A model generated the notes under the pieces. That model was not told the origin of the DNA. It worked only from the letters and a program-made list of their open reading frames with translations, and searched no databases. Of a stretch of DNA of 64,000 bases, positions 22,601 through 30,696 are shown piece after piece. The position numbers were made by a program, and so were the translations under genes. The stretch comes from an uncultured Clostridia bacterium (GTDB lineage Bacteria; Bacillota; Clostridia; Christensenellales; UBA1242), in contig CALWEM010000022.1 of assembly GCA_944377315.1 (NCBI GenBank), forward strand, positions 6,183-70,182, in the 5' to 3' direction. The first letter of the stretch is position 1; the number at the start of each line of letters is the position of its first letter.

Positions 22601-25600
22601 AAACGCCAAATCAACATAACCTTTGCTTCAGCCGGAATTTATATGGCTTCATTTGGAAGTGAAGAAACACTTTCAGACACTTTCATAAGAGATTACACAA
22701 CCGAATTTAATGAACAAATTGAAATTGAATTCACAAGAGAAAGTGGCAGTGAAGTCAAATACTACAAAATCACTGATGCTCAAATTGTCAGCCAAGATGC
22801 AACATCATTAAACTATGAAATTGGCGAAATTGTCGACAATGTTGGAGCATATCGCATTGTGTCATCTTCAAGTCGTGTTTATCTTCTTGCCAGCAACAAA
22901 GACACAATAACTTCACTTGAAGACGGCGTTCTTCTTGAGTTTACTTATGACGGCAACTCATATGACAGAGTGGCTCTTGAAGTGGGTGATGCTTCCTACA
23001 CTTTGAAGATATATAACTCGCAAAACACTCTTATTGAACAAACTTTTGCTCTCAATTTGTATACCTACAACGAAGACACGGATGTATACACTCGTTTGAC
23101 CACAATTTTTGACCCAACCATTAAAGCGGAAAGTTTCTCAATCAGTGAGCTTATTCAAAATGCTGGTAACTACTATCTCACAAACAGCGATGTGACAAGT
23201 CAGAATTTTGCTGTTAAACTTGGAAAGAATAACACACTTTTTGCTTTCCAAGTCACGGTCAACAAGCGTCAAGCATTCTTTATGAAAGAAACCATTGAAC
23301 AAACATTCAACAATGAAAATGTTGTGATTTTCTATGAAAATGCCAAAGAAATTTTGACCAATATTCTTGCCAATGACAATTTTGGCGTGACACTGGAATT
23401 CAAAACGGAAGACGGCTCACCTGCAAAATACGCTGGCAATTCATACAAAATTGAAGGAACAATCATTGGCAACACCAACTATGAACTTGTCTACACTCTC
23501 GCTGATGGCACACAAGTGACTGGCACAATCTTGAAAGCGCCAATTCAAGTCAATGTCAATGACCAAAATGTTGTCTATGGTGACGAAACAACTTTTCTTG
23601 ATGTCCAAATTGCATACACCTTTCAAAGCGAAACAATTGACCTTAAAAACTATGAAAAACTCGATGAACTTTCATTGGTTATCACACTTGAAGATGCACT
23701 GGGGAATTTGGCAGAATATTCTTCATCAGGCTATCTCAATGCCGGTGAATATAAGATGAAATATAAAGAACTCATCTCTGACGATTTCTATATTGACACA
23801 AACGGATTTATTTCCAACGGCGTTGCTGGCACAAATCTTGTCACAACTTTCACAGTCAGTCAAAAGACCCTTTCTCTTCTCAAAACTTCAGAAGAATTGC
23901 AAACAATTTTCACAAAATATTATGACGGCACACATATTGTTGAAATATATCGTGATGGCACTCTTCGATTTGGGTTTGAAGGTGAAATTTCTGGCGATGA
24001 TGTTCAAGTTTCAAGTGCTGAATATGCTTCCATTAATGTCGGCACTGGCATTGAAGTCAAATTCCTTTTGGATGGAAATGACAGTGGAAACTACTTCTTG
24101 CCTTCATACACAAATGGTCTCATTAACGCCATCACAATCAAACTCTCTTTTGACAAAGGTGGGGAAACGGAAGAAGAAGAGAACAACATCTTGTCAAATG
24201 TCGACCTTGCTGGACTTTCGACAATTGAAAAATTGAATTACCCATTTGTCAACAATGAAACTTTGACTTCCAACTCTCAAACTTCAGAAACTGCTGGGCA
24301 AGATAATTTCCCTTCAACCTTGACAGGAAAAACAGGATATTATTTCAGTAACTGGGTGATGGAATTTGAAGTGATAGCAAATTCTGTGGAAAGAGAATAC
24401 ATTGAAAATCTAGCAAAACAACTTAATTTGTCAAATGCATACACAGGGAATATTTTGACGGTCACTGTCGGCAATAATCGTGCCACCGTTTCCTTCATTA
24501 ACACTCTTTTAAGTGATGAGTCTGATTATTTTGGCTATTATTATCTAGGCAAGGAAGAAGTTGAGTTCACTTTCAAGGCAGTTTGGACAACTGAAACATT
24601 CGAAGTTTCTGTGACAACCGAAAAAGACGGCGTCAACACCACAGAATATGCCACAACTTTTGTCAATGATTATCAGATGCCACAATACACATATCGAAAC
24701 AGTTTCGCTTATGGCACACCACTCACCATCAAAGTTGTTTTGGATGACCATATCGTTGCCAGATTCTTTGATGAGAAAGATGTGGAATATGAAAACGGCA
24801 ACGGCATCTCCATAACGACCACACTTAACCCTGAAACACAAAAAGAAGAAGCAGTCTTCTTTGTGGAAAAACTTTCAAGAGCGATGAACATTGTTGTCAA
24901 ACTTGATTTCAAAGATGTCACTGTCACGCTCAATCTTCAAGACTATGATGGCGTTGTGGCGGTGGATGATGAGAGATTCCAAGAATATTCTGACGGCGTC
25001 TTCCGCTGGGAAACCAACTATGAAGATATTGCTGATGTGACGCTCGATGAACTTCCAGTTTTAACCTATGTTGGCTCGATCACAGATGCATATGTGTTCA
25101 GCGATGGAAACGCCGGTTCATCTCAAGTGCCATCAAGTTTGTTTGATTCCACTTTGCTTGTTTCATATGTTTATAAAAATGGTGACGGATACTCAATCAC
25201 ATACACACCAATTTTTGATGAACTTTCTGTGAGCGTCATTTTGAACTTTAACTATGACGGCAATTTTGAAAATAACGACACCGATGACAAAAAGGAAATT
25301 TCAGTTGGCTACAAAAACACCTTCAATTCCAGTGATGATTGGGTGGAAACACCATTGCGTGAAGGTTATGACTTCCTTGGCTGGTATTTTGACAGCGAAA
25401 GCGAAACCGCAGTGACCGGTGAAAGCACAATGGAAAGTATGGCACAGGTTGTTTTGTTTGCTCGTTGGCAAATTCAACAAAACAATGTCTATCTCACTTT
25501 TGATGACAAGATGACTCTTGAGTCCGCTTTGGTGAACGATGAAGAGTTTGAATATAAAATTGAAAACGGAAATTACATCTTTGAAAACTTGACCTTCAGT

Positions 25601-28600
25601 GACAAAATTGTTTTGACTTTCACTCTCACACAAGGTTATAACATTGGAAGCGTAACTTATCATTATTTTGGTGGAGAAGATATCATAGTTTCAACCTTTG
25701 AAAATGATGGAACTGTCGGGAAAGTGACTTTCAGCGTTCCAGCAAAACCAACAGCATATTTGGAAGTTAAAAGCGGTTTCAACAGCAACGAAATCACAGT
25801 CAGTGGTGAACATATTGAAAATGTGACAGCAAAAACAACCGCCGGCGAAGAAATCGATGTTGAAAACAACGCCTTTACTGTCGACACAAATGTTGATATT
25901 GTCATTGAAGTTAAAATTGTGAAAGGATATTTGTATAACAATGAAATATCCTTGACAGAAAACTTTACTGCAACATTTAGCGAAGAAACAAACATTTTGA
26001 CAATCACACTTTTCAATATTAACTCTCAACTAAAAATCGAAGTTGGAACAAGAGTGCGTGGAAACAAAGTGACTGTTGTTTTTGAAGAACCATCACATAA
26101 CATCGAATTTGTGGTAGACAACATTATCACCACAGAAAATATTTTTGAAGTGTTCACGGAAGAAACATTTGCCTTCTACACTGACATTCTTCACGGCTAC
26201 AAAATAAGTGAAGTTGTTTCAACAGATGAGGACACAGAAATTTCCTTCAATGTGTATAATGATGAAACAAGCCTTCTCAATGGTTATTTCTATGTGGAAG
26301 TAAAAAATGTCACCACCGACATAACTTTGACAATCAAGACGACAAAGGAAAAATTCACAGTTATTGTTGAAGTTATCGCATATGATGAATATGGCAGACT
26401 TGTGGAAAACACCGATAATGTTGCCTATGTCGACGGCAAGGAGAGTGTGACATATGAATATTTGACCGAAGTGACCTTGTCGGCAACGACAGAGTCGGAA
26501 TATGGCTTTGCTGGCTTCAGTTTGAACAAAAACACCATTTTTGATTCCAAAAACCCAACAACTTATGTGGTCGAAGACAATGTGACTATATACGCCATCT
26601 TCTCAAAACTCAAATATAACATTATCTTTATGACCTACAACCACATTGACCTTGACAACTCTGAAGAAGAGATATATGAAAGCTTATATTATCAAATTTT
26701 CTATGAAGATGAAACTTTTTCACAACAAATCACCGGCACGACACTTTTCTATGGCTCTTCAATCACTCTTTATCTCCAAATTCCAAATGGTTACACCTAT
26801 TACGGTTTTGGTTGGTATCAAAGAAACCATCCAGACGACAAAAAATATATTGCATATGCTGGCGATGAATTTGAAAACAGCATCTTCCTTGAAGCATCAA
26901 TTTTCAGTGAACTTGAAAATGAGTTTGATGTCAATGTTTTCGTTGCTTTACAACCAAAAGAAGTCCAAATCAATGTTTCATCATATCTTGATTTTGATGG
27001 AATCTATGAAGAAGATTTGGTTGCAGGCAACATTTCACTCGTGAACGAAAATGCCGAAGGTGTGAATTCTTATGGCTATATTGAAGGAACAAACAATCAT
27101 TATTCTTCAAATTCCTTCAATGGGCAATTGTTAGATAGTAGGTCCTTCCAAGTTATCTCTCACACAAACAGTTCAATATATCTCAAAATATATTCCGAAA
27201 AAGAAGATTATTACTTCTCGAAAGTGTCAGCTTCAAATGGTATCACGGTGAAATCGCTGGGCAGATTCCACGATGGCATAAGGTCATACTATCTATATCA
27301 ATTTGCTGGATATGTTGGTGGCAGTGACAGAGCAGTGGAAATTGAAGTTTATTTCAAACCAGAAAAGAGAATTATTGACTTCGATTTTGTCAATGAAGAT
27401 GGAAGCACAGTGGAAGGTGGCAGTTTCTTCACAAAAACCGACCCTTCAAACAGCTACAAGGTTTGGTCTGATGGTAACAACTTTGACAAAATGTCTGTGA
27501 CAAGTTTTGTCGATTCAAGTTATATGGTGGTGGCATATGTCCGATTGGGTTTTGTCATTAACACAAAAAATTCATATGTCATTTTCGATGAAAGCGTTGT
27601 TAATGTCTATGACATTTCATATGAGCTTCTTTTGACAGAAGAAACGAACTACACATATATTGTCACATTTATGGTGAAAGACTATAAGGCAAACAGCAAA
27701 ATCAGTGTTGTGCTTTCGCCACAGACCTACACAGTTTTGTTGAAGGATACCACTCTTGAAGAAAATGAAGTTTTGCTGGAAATTAGGAATGCCAAATTCC
27801 ACGAAGTGCTGGATTTAAGTGAAGAGAACAGCGAAAATCTTGTTTTTGATGAAGAAGTATTCTCATACAGCGATGGCTATTTGAATATTGTCCAAACAAA
27901 AGAAGACCACAATTTTGGTGGATATTTCACATACGAAAATGGTGTTGGAACACAATATATCAACACATTGGGCGTGGCAGACAAAATCTTCTTGGAAAAT
28001 GGCTATGTTTTGGACGAACAGAACAATATTTATATTCTTTCTGAAAATGCAGAAATCATCGATGGACAAGTGGTCATCACTTTGTATCTATATTGGCTCT
28101 ACCTTAAAACTCAAATTACCTTTGAAGTTGTGCCAGAGGTCGAAGTTGATTTTGACGCACTTGACATTGTTCAAGGTGTGGATGAGTATTCTTCTTGGTT
28201 TAATGAAGATAGCCCATTATATATCGAAGTTGCCTACAACACCGATATAAACATTATTGCACCTCAATTGAATGGCTACAGTTTCCACCGATTCTTGATT
28301 AAACAATATGATGGTGCTGGAAATCAACTTCAAGATGTTGTAAGTTATCAAGAGTCAGTGCCTTGGTCAACAAACGAATATGATAACATCGTTCGCGTGG
28401 AAATAACAATGTTCTATTTCGCCAAGGTTGATGTCATTTTGTATGGCGGAGAAATGGAATATGAAATTTCTCAAACAACGGAAGATAATCGTGCGCGTGT
28501 TCTTTTGAGTCAGGGTTATGTGGATACCACAAAAGAGTTCACTCTTTCCGCGCTTGATTCAGATGGCTACACCTTCCAATATTGGATTAATATGTCCAAC

Positions 28601-29812
28601 AATATGAGATATTCGACACAAAATTTGACTCTGCAAATCACCGAAAAAACTTCCTTCTTCTTGTTCTGTCAAGGCAAGACGATAACCTTGAAGTTTGATG
28701 AATATGATGCAACAAACGGACAAATATACATTTTGGAAATCAATTCTCCACTTAATGGAATCTCTGCAAAACCGCTGGGAGTTTTCAGCAATGGCTCGTT
28801 CTCAAAAACAACAACAAGTGTTGATGTTCGTGTGGGCGACACGGTTACCTTTGTCACAAAAGTGCATTTTGGATATGGTGTCGAGTGGAATATTGATGAT
28901 GTCGAACTCAAGAAAATGGACAGCGAATATTATTATTTCACTGTCAAATTGACAGAAGAATTGGTGGGCGAAGCAATTGAGATTATTCCGATCTTTTCTG
29001 GCGAAAGCGTGGCGTTCTATTTCAGCCAAGACTTTGCTGAAAGTGAGAAGATTGAAAATGCACAAGACAACAACGATGCCACAAACTGCGGATATTTCGT
29101 CTTCAATGGCGAACCAAGCGATGTGGTTGTTGAAAGTATTTTTGTGAACATTGAAATCGGCGTTGTTCTCTCCTTAAGATATGAAATAAGAGAAATCTTC
29201 GTGAAAAACAACAGCGGTGTGAGCATTGATGTCACAGAATGTTACAACAGTGACCTTGGCACAATCACCTTCACTTCTCAATACCTTCAAGAAAACAATA
29301 TTGCCGGCACGCTTATACTGGAAGTTATCTATGGACGCCTATACTTTGAAATCGGCGAGATGGAAGAAGATGGCTCGGGCAGTGAAGATGGCCCATATAT
29401 CATTTCAACAATTGATGAACTCACACACTATATGCAGAAAATTAACAGTGGGGCAGTGAACGACAGTGGCATCAAATACAGTGAAGCACATTATGTTCTT
29501 GTTTCAAGTTTCAATTTGAGTGCAAAATTCTGGACGCCGATTGGCACAGAAGAAAATCCATTCAATGGCACTTTCAATTTTAATGGCAACACAATAACAT
29601 CCATATATCTTGCACAGATTTACAGTATGACAAGTTATGGTGGACTTTTTGGAGTTGTCGGCGAAAAGGCAAACATATATCTTTCGGAAGACAATTTCTG
29701 GTATGTCTATGTGATTGTCAGCGTTGTTGGTGTTCTTGTCATTCTTCTCGTCATTCTTCTTGTTTGGAACAAAAAGAAGAAGAAAATCCGTGAAGAACTT
29801 GAAAGACGATAG
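10691..29812 (+). CDS. Giant cell-surface protein (6373 aa, one uninterrupted 19.1-kb ORF): signal peptide, GLUG-type modules at both ends, Listeria-Bacteroides-type repeats, MBG/YDG-type repeats, and a C-terminal TM anchor
   Basis: Signal peptide MKIKSWLFSLLLVFVGIAGAYS. FAGTFNGNGYTIYNL plus repeated GG[IL].G motifs lie at about nt 11045-11800, with a second module around DNPYLIYTAEDL...FDGNNFTISGI. GYQFVGW (16880-16900), YAVWQ..KV.LNANGG, GFQFDGFY and GYDFLGWYF (about 25363-25390) look like Listeria/Bacteroides repeats. Many [KE]YDG[TL] and (Y)G[DE] repeat units lie at about nt 20000-24200. A C-terminal PFNGTFNFNGNTI...GGLFG module is at about 29558-29660. The TM FWYVYVIVSVVGVLVILLVILLVW (29696-29767) is followed by NKKKKKIREELERR. 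There is no LPXTG. Confidence 0.9.
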   Translation: MKIKSWLFSLLLVFVGIAGAYSLTLPINKISAVSEDASVWDGNDYSDEFDEYNLYKTDENGVVNYYIYTAKDFLYFAHTVNNGNTYNQQVVNLCVDIDLNGKKWKPIGVSENGDSATQFAGTFNGNGYTIYNLNIQNPNSPWVGLFSTVANATLKNFNLVSANINVSNEKEISVGAVAGSMTLSSIINVSVSGEIYHSGATGNVGGLVGEVVGKHKTSIPFDKIDFEKNFSDEVKILNCRSLASVSGVGSVGGIAGYTSRSVVIKECYNEGAISGIGNSSNYIGGILGRTSSDSTSNVYNYTLITHCYNAGDLNFSHARYAGGILGYSAKPANERMSYFTILYSYNKGDFVYDTSSNLSESKIGGLVGYSNIPRGVYITDENYTSFDNVFNVGEVKNDKGENIILSQTEYSLIVNVQPNASIFGCNDIYYNESYAEKYTGSVSTVDTTEDRLTGITESSIKLQKVPFLEDSFRTANFGGTNFFGKTTSGEKINNVKNSEIWGIQSGINDGYPYLKRTININNANNDLSSTTATLWKGEGTKDNPYLIYTAEDLARVAKVYNNGKINDKAEGLVYNNEGKTLGGEIVSSTSQNGNENTTSQTKITYFSLQNDIDLSSKAWTPIGTGPVDDGSGKKFINAVFDGNNFTISGINCSMHANYKYLGLFGCAENAIIRNVIVDDFRFIGTEEGDETAKGTIVGCLKNSYVINCADFVNRIGTTESEKVDLYTIGSVDADGKSYVVYGENNNADNAFSDNNIYIDANMSNLNQLYLTYINPNGGTVYDTIKRDSVDEKGEVSVHIGQAELLIASSSNTTSSSNSYKIHTAINSQFGSQYLSCLPTDISSGNSYNTSSIILKEGEVINGYNYGIVGGTELSSSDINDLISDGIEANWGEEGKTTTITIHYNSYENSYGYGNEESIITFDVNYNQYFSNESFKEKVLEALEIKGITRTGYEVAGIFTGFTKKQFGGEFSGFDYFEDGVGLFLNQNEDYYIKWQGNTSYSIQVNLVDLDSFGSVSTSPKNYTWTQAVESLKVNFSDGTVSEIDLLRGNYRILESGSAVFGYNTSNVDLQDENITIEIKLKDGFSFKNNDDFLQETGFLNNKVDEQVNDYIQKFGYSSLINNLNQDNTLILQRMVGDGEININIGRTNYSYNMAIDEDVSFGLTLPQVTNSGYKVLFMTKEGNYTTLNEVEPNMFNKVSGYGSYYFGVNMFDKYFIASTDDFDRVDFGSKVPILNINLSADNKVEGIVLNIQDEYSANHYFLVALSTLDGKRTQTIYEINRPVVENGEIKVELLDRLVYVTEGILNDVGENYQIPIGTIGYNLNYFTNTNFGIVFSTEDASSEIVDYPANPEVLVFEDLNEDGIYDMSEDEAKKIFYNLVASDDKNYTELEVYLNYQTTIANIEILQDKVTADFNFKFATISEDENGKLQLVELTENTPQIDISIGNLQDENVENRKSYNNSNGISLNINNYNFITFTIKNNNYYQFAHRDSGIFPTVKSMMSSGMATEIDKTTTMYMTPLDEKGEYLSSGSVADPQNPTNSINCSSFSSRDPSDPSGGYKYSYTYTMSFPSAIFPSSWEIIFVVERVDFHLSVSSVYKQTYNGEEFEDTTNATTLKNTENDDEVTELDLLFGDEFVIQTNTQNAGYTFQGFEVRKDGETTFFPPLNLDIEYDKTSYVMTIEDFLSFYKDEYTTLSSDDKYSYEICAVYESESVAFQSSIRKFMILDYNGNENDFYLNTVTGSVLNTTGSNLTSGTFNYFSANASGNELNSSIENGFATFNLLQSNYYEFSGFAIMTEETYNKSGIVDNFGDSYYYINEERTNMDISVNSGDLEITSKTMRISGRVIADYIRTLLEEDEMQNIYTDSTVYILPILKQKTLEITITDGSSNKVYSNSKNETTDTEIVMTVYYVNGVMLNFSSSYYIGESVNRGNVFVTMNKGNLNSIILNSYFYYQIGYASTSWTIRYKLDDGEDGTSTAINTHNLSTYFNENNLSTTFTTDYAIQIERFWTANTFQVNYYSGDSRYNTFLGNNIFGNSIENNYSRTARYNSTTTLENNSFSLTGYQFVGWRVFKNLGYQTVEVVNPNAGNGLFSAGDDITNLITGTDQILDENNFGLSLEVYAVWQAKTYKVLLNANGGNIDGQETITLSLEYNSTFMEAVCDGYDIEELFDTYLNQIVKRPGFQFDGFYSYDGSSSKSMLNLVTEETYLRNTISGFVDTNNLDEPVLTLFATWVYDESTSIIFENDLSYNYTGDKIEVALSDFEVTGNNIVVTNTDTLFNLQYANEEAGVDISFTFTRDENSSTEIVQVGDEENGCTYKFLIGENVGSYQLNLSYNLTDIGSNVYSIGDFNFVTVSFIISITKADISFKQSDEKGIWLKNIQYLVSVVEEQEVIDEYNSFETFEELRQSVSQKEGFELTSESVYEYLFMKYYNMINTKSSQIHTLKNWKIRDGENGNDYISYYGTYYYGADEYLDNFDGLSDERRERAEILKNNMFLLSYEFGVNIREYVLAGEETSRYNVGDVLLTSDTADAVIGEELSISSIEIYSTSVLVPNYSYTVRAYITEASTGKLDNYNVATDSSGRRYIVLDDVYMLIQVLRLKNNAISKSTYYTGDIPFVNWVGSDQLPHYYYDGSTFYQFEKDSELYIDLEIETSNAGQSDVDTIFDFYDKENYLNVSSIRIVTFDDDTGFNFTNYTSYFNIILDETFTFTIFNVVDTAQISLTPKYFTKKNQFQTFTDLPESVLASLETGLFSVTSFTYSTDNASTKTYSLTDSNGNATPLNNGQYFSEDGKILLFTLENNNSNAPIFYTSSAVVSVGIRINQSLLTEYIKYYTTTDEIINDLTQEYSVTTEYTLTLKTKNENGVFESDIEYTDGSLTYLEYYSVFSDLVKIYYDMNLSGVSNTNSSLLQLNYDTTDALTTLVYSNLVISDMKYTTVTGAERSYTNLFDSITGRFMGADIYSPHKFITLKAYWKIGELDISTLSSQIKYAVGTLDTLYAVNVGYMNNEESTFFNYTYELYKGDELLASNNNFDQLAISFDGGGTVKDSGTYTLKFIVTIKDNYKNILDTTSEESVTAEIEFTLEFVKNIIEDITFIPESEEIMYDGLNHTGSFIVEISYQQYKQELDDYDSENIVTERYQYGTEKKFTFKILKDGTEEVNEIIDVGRYEISVNLSEDYFEWSENSKVLTYVINRYDIDLSTYELDRTKNFNSQDTAFTNNIRVAGEVVSLTLTRADLGEDLGDYDLFLDNFTSLNNNNFTVSYDGTVLFDGTDYTAQKSTTAIAKLSIVQAGDLRIYWEISDSVPNIASFEYNENGYSVAFTEQAEIVITTGGENAKTLNLKMYDLGQGSEISNETILNILHPLLADINIILTSAGNEYTTAVDAGNYSFSLRVDEGMAIGQYFKNIYFSSDYTLQIISEGIDVNSFSFVKEYDGLNTIYLTLSNQVIDDISTYQGIYVEGVFAETHAGEDIAVNVTLKTTSENINDLINFQLSSSLTSGQILKREAEIIFSFKEDTFTYGELSSDNFADQITYIVKDGEEDITELFRGSFYTINYTLSAGGSEMQTNTQGYIYANTYTLQTLATYDDFDLDEVLPSLQVTPFEYSLEVGEGFITVTALDEVSKAYVENIYVEETGDSIQVSFYVPSDIVGTTNQVGDYNLTLENGQYSYLYSNGNIRVSIDENNTGFKVGSYDGTLYLEIEDEEILTRPYNAKTYTITASETTFIITIENEDETFSVQSNFKFYNYNNGELTPIENSTLVFESIGITSSNQNTFSQVGNYKLTLDAVATGYTNVSFIKNYTFSITPVELNFDGTGLFNKVYDGTTIVEIEVTEGIFEGDEVIVRGIYQNATAGVDKDVRLTLSGSSAKNYTLSSSTTKGTIEKKNVTISLAQTSYQYGDIRTTTNLNFVVKDGDNEISKGFYTVVKQEIQYEGTGILPVNVDGYDVEIEVESENYNITPTTLHFEITKRQINITFASAGIYMASFGSEETLSDTFIRDYTTEFNEQIEIEFTRESGSEVKYYKITDAQIVSQDATSLNYEIGEIVDNVGAYRIVSSSSRVYLLASNKDTITSLEDGVLLEFTYDGNSYDRVALEVGDASYTLKIYNSQNTLIEQTFALNLYTYNEDTDVYTRLTTIFDPTIKAESFSISELIQNAGNYYLTNSDVTSQNFAVKLGKNNTLFAFQVTVNKRQAFFMKETIEQTFNNENVVIFYENAKEILTNILANDNFGVTLEFKTEDGSPAKYAGNSYKIEGTIIGNTNYELVYTLADGTQVTGTILKAPIQVNVNDQNVVYGDETTFLDVQIAYTFQSETIDLKNYEKLDELSLVITLEDALGNLAEYSSSGYLNAGEYKMKYKELISDDFYIDTNGFISNGVAGTNLVTTFTVSQKTLSLLKTSEELQTIFTKYYDGTHIVEIYRDGTLRFGFEGEISGDDVQVSSAEYASINVGTGIEVKFLLDGNDSGNYFLPSYTNGLINAITIKLSFDKGGETEEEENNILSNVDLAGLSTIEKLNYPFVNNETLTSNSQTSETAGQDNFPSTLTGKTGYYFSNWVMEFEVIANSVEREYIENLAKQLNLSNAYTGNILTVTVGNNRATVSFINTLLSDESDYFGYYYLGKEEVEFTFKAVWTTETFEVSVTTEKDGVNTTEYATTFVNDYQMPQYTYRNSFAYGTPLTIKVVLDDHIVARFFDEKDVEYENGNGISITTTLNPETQKEEAVFFVEKLSRAMNIVVKLDFKDVTVTLNLQDYDGVVAVDDERFQEYSDGVFRWETNYEDIADVTLDELPVLTYVGSITDAYVFSDGNAGSSQVPSSLFDSTLLVSYVYKNGDGYSITYTPIFDELSVSVILNFNYDGNFENNDTDDKKEISVGYKNTFNSSDDWVETPLREGYDFLGWYFDSESETAVTGESTMESMAQVVLFARWQIQQNNVYLTFDDKMTLESALVNDEEFEYKIENGNYIFENLTFSDKIVLTFTLTQGYNIGSVTYHYFGGEDIIVSTFENDGTVGKVTFSVPAKPTAYLEVKSGFNSNEITVSGEHIENVTAKTTAGEEIDVENNAFTVDTNVDIVIEVKIVKGYLYNNEISLTENFTATFSEETNILTITLFNINSQLKIEVGTRVRGNKVTVVFEEPSHNIEFVVDNIITTENIFEVFTEETFAFYTDILHGYKISEVVSTDEDTEISFNVYNDETSLLNGYFYVEVKNVTTDITLTIKTTKEKFTVIVEVIAYDEYGRLVENTDNVAYVDGKESVTYEYLTEVTLSATTESEYGFAGFSLNKNTIFDSKNPTTYVVEDNVTIYAIFSKLKYNIIFMTYNHIDLDNSEEEIYESLYYQIFYEDETFSQQITGTTLFYGSSITLYLQIPNGYTYYGFGWYQRNHPDDKKYIAYAGDEFENSIFLEASIFSELENEFDVNVFVALQPKEVQINVSSYLDFDGIYEEDLVAGNISLVNENAEGVNSYGYIEGTNNHYSSNSFNGQLLDSRSFQVISHTNSSIYLKIYSEKEDYYFSKVSASNGITVKSLGRFHDGIRSYYLYQFAGYVGGSDRAVEIEVYFKPEKRIIDFDFVNEDGSTVEGGSFFTKTDPSNSYKVWSDGNNFDKMSVTSFVDSSYMVVAYVRLGFVINTKNSYVIFDESVVNVYDISYELLLTEETNYTYIVTFMVKDYKANSKISVVLSPQTYTVLLKDTTLEENEVLLEIRNAKFHEVLDLSEENSENLVFDEEVFSYSDGYLNIVQTKEDHNFGGYFTYENGVGTQYINTLGVADKIFLENGYVLDEQNNIYILSENAEIIDGQVVITLYLYWLYLKTQITFEVVPEVEVDFDALDIVQGVDEYSSWFNEDSPLYIEVAYNTDINIIAPQLNGYSFHRFLIKQYDGAGNQLQDVVSYQESVPWSTNEYDNIVRVEITMFYFAKVDVILYGGEMEYEISQTTEDNRARVLLSQGYVDTTKEFTLSALDSDGYTFQYWINMSNNMRYSTQNLTLQITEKTSFFLFCQGKTITLKFDEYDATNGQIYILEINSPLNGISAKPLGVFSNGSFSKTTTSVDVRVGDTVTFVTKVHFGYGVEWNIDDVELKKMDSEYYYFTVKLTEELVGEAIEIIPIFSGESVAFYFSQDFAESEKIENAQDNNDATNCGYFVFNGEPSDVVVESIFVNIEIGVVLSLRYEIREIFVKNNSGVSIDVTECYNSDLGTITFTSQYLQENNIAGTLILEVIYGRLYFEIGEMEEDGSGSEDGPYIISTIDELTHYMQKINSGAVNDSGIKYSEAHYVLVSSFNLSAKFWTPIGTEENPFNGTFNFNGNTITSIYLAQIYSMTSYGGLFGVVGEKANIYLSEDNFWYVYVIVSVVGVLVILLVILLVWNKKKKKIREELERR

Positions 29813-29870
29813 TGTCATCTTTGAATGAAAAAAACTTAATATAAATATAATAAAACAAGGGAGTATTATA

Positions 29871-30626
29871 ATGATTTACCTTGTTTTATTTTTTATGGGA
29901 CTACTTCAAGGCTTGACCGAGTTTTTGCCAGTAAGTTCAAGCGGGCATCTTGTGTTGTTGTCGCAAATTTTCAATGTGGAAGAAAGTTTGTTTTTGAGCG
30001 TTCTTCTCCACATTGCCACGCTTTTGTCCATTGTTGTTGTCTTTTATAAAGATATTTGGCAACTTATAAGACATCCTTTCTCTCAAAAAACAATCTCGCT
30101 TGTTTTGGCAACCATTCCGACCTGTGTCATTGTGCTTATCATTTTGCCACTTGTGAAATCTTCTTTTGGCGGTGCTCTTCTTCCATATTGCTTTCTTCTT
30201 TCCGCACTTCTTCTTTTCGTCACTGAAATATTATCAAAAAGAAAGGTTGGAAGCGGAATATCAAACAAGACCGCTGTCATAATGGGTATTGCACAAGGCT
30301 TTGCAGTTTTTCCGGGAATTTCTCGCTCTGGAACGACGATAAGTGCTGGTTTTCTTGCAGGTGGCGATAAAAAAGAAGTGACAAAATTTTCTTTCCTTAT
30401 GAGTATACCCATCATTTTGCTTTCAATGATAATGGAAATTTATGAGATTTTCACCGGCAGTGTCAGTTTGGACTTTCCACCTTTTGCCATTGTCATAAGT
30501 TTTTTGGTGGCGTTTATAAGTGGCATTTTTGCCATCAAATTTATGATGAAATTGACAGAAAAGGGCTTCAAATGGTTTTCGATATACCTTCTACTTTTGG
30601 GAATAACAACTTTTTTTGTTATTTAA
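29871..30626 (+). CDS. uppP: Undecaprenyl-diphosphate phosphatase (BacA/UppP)
   Basis: EFLPVSSSGH and PGISRSGTTI signature motifs; 8-TM profile. Confidence 0.9.
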   Translation: MIYLVLFFMGLLQGLTEFLPVSSSGHLVLLSQIFNVEESLFLSVLLHIATLLSIVVVFYKDIWQLIRHPFSQKTISLVLATIPTCVIVLIILPLVKSSFGGALLPYCFLLSALLLFVTEILSKRKVGSGISNKTAVIMGIAQGFAVFPGISRSGTTISAGFLAGGDKKEVTKFSFLMSIPIILLSMIMEIYEIFTGSVSLDFPPFAIVISFLVAFISGIFAIKFMMKLTEKGFKWFSIYLLLLGITTFFVI

Positions 30627-30696
30627 TATAAAGATATTAGCCACGATGCATTCATAATTTAACTTTTTGTTTTGTATATTATTTGCAAGGAGAATT

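Noticed and set aside
22004-22609. 201-aa antisense ORF inside the giant gene. Similar ones lie at 13316-13768, 25301-26029, 14657-14980 and 19751-20023.
   Set aside because: They lie entirely within and opposite to a 19-kb ORF that is clearly under selection. They have no SD or promoter and have Cys/Phe/Ile-rich low-complexity composition, which is typical of the reverse frame of AT-rich coding DNA.
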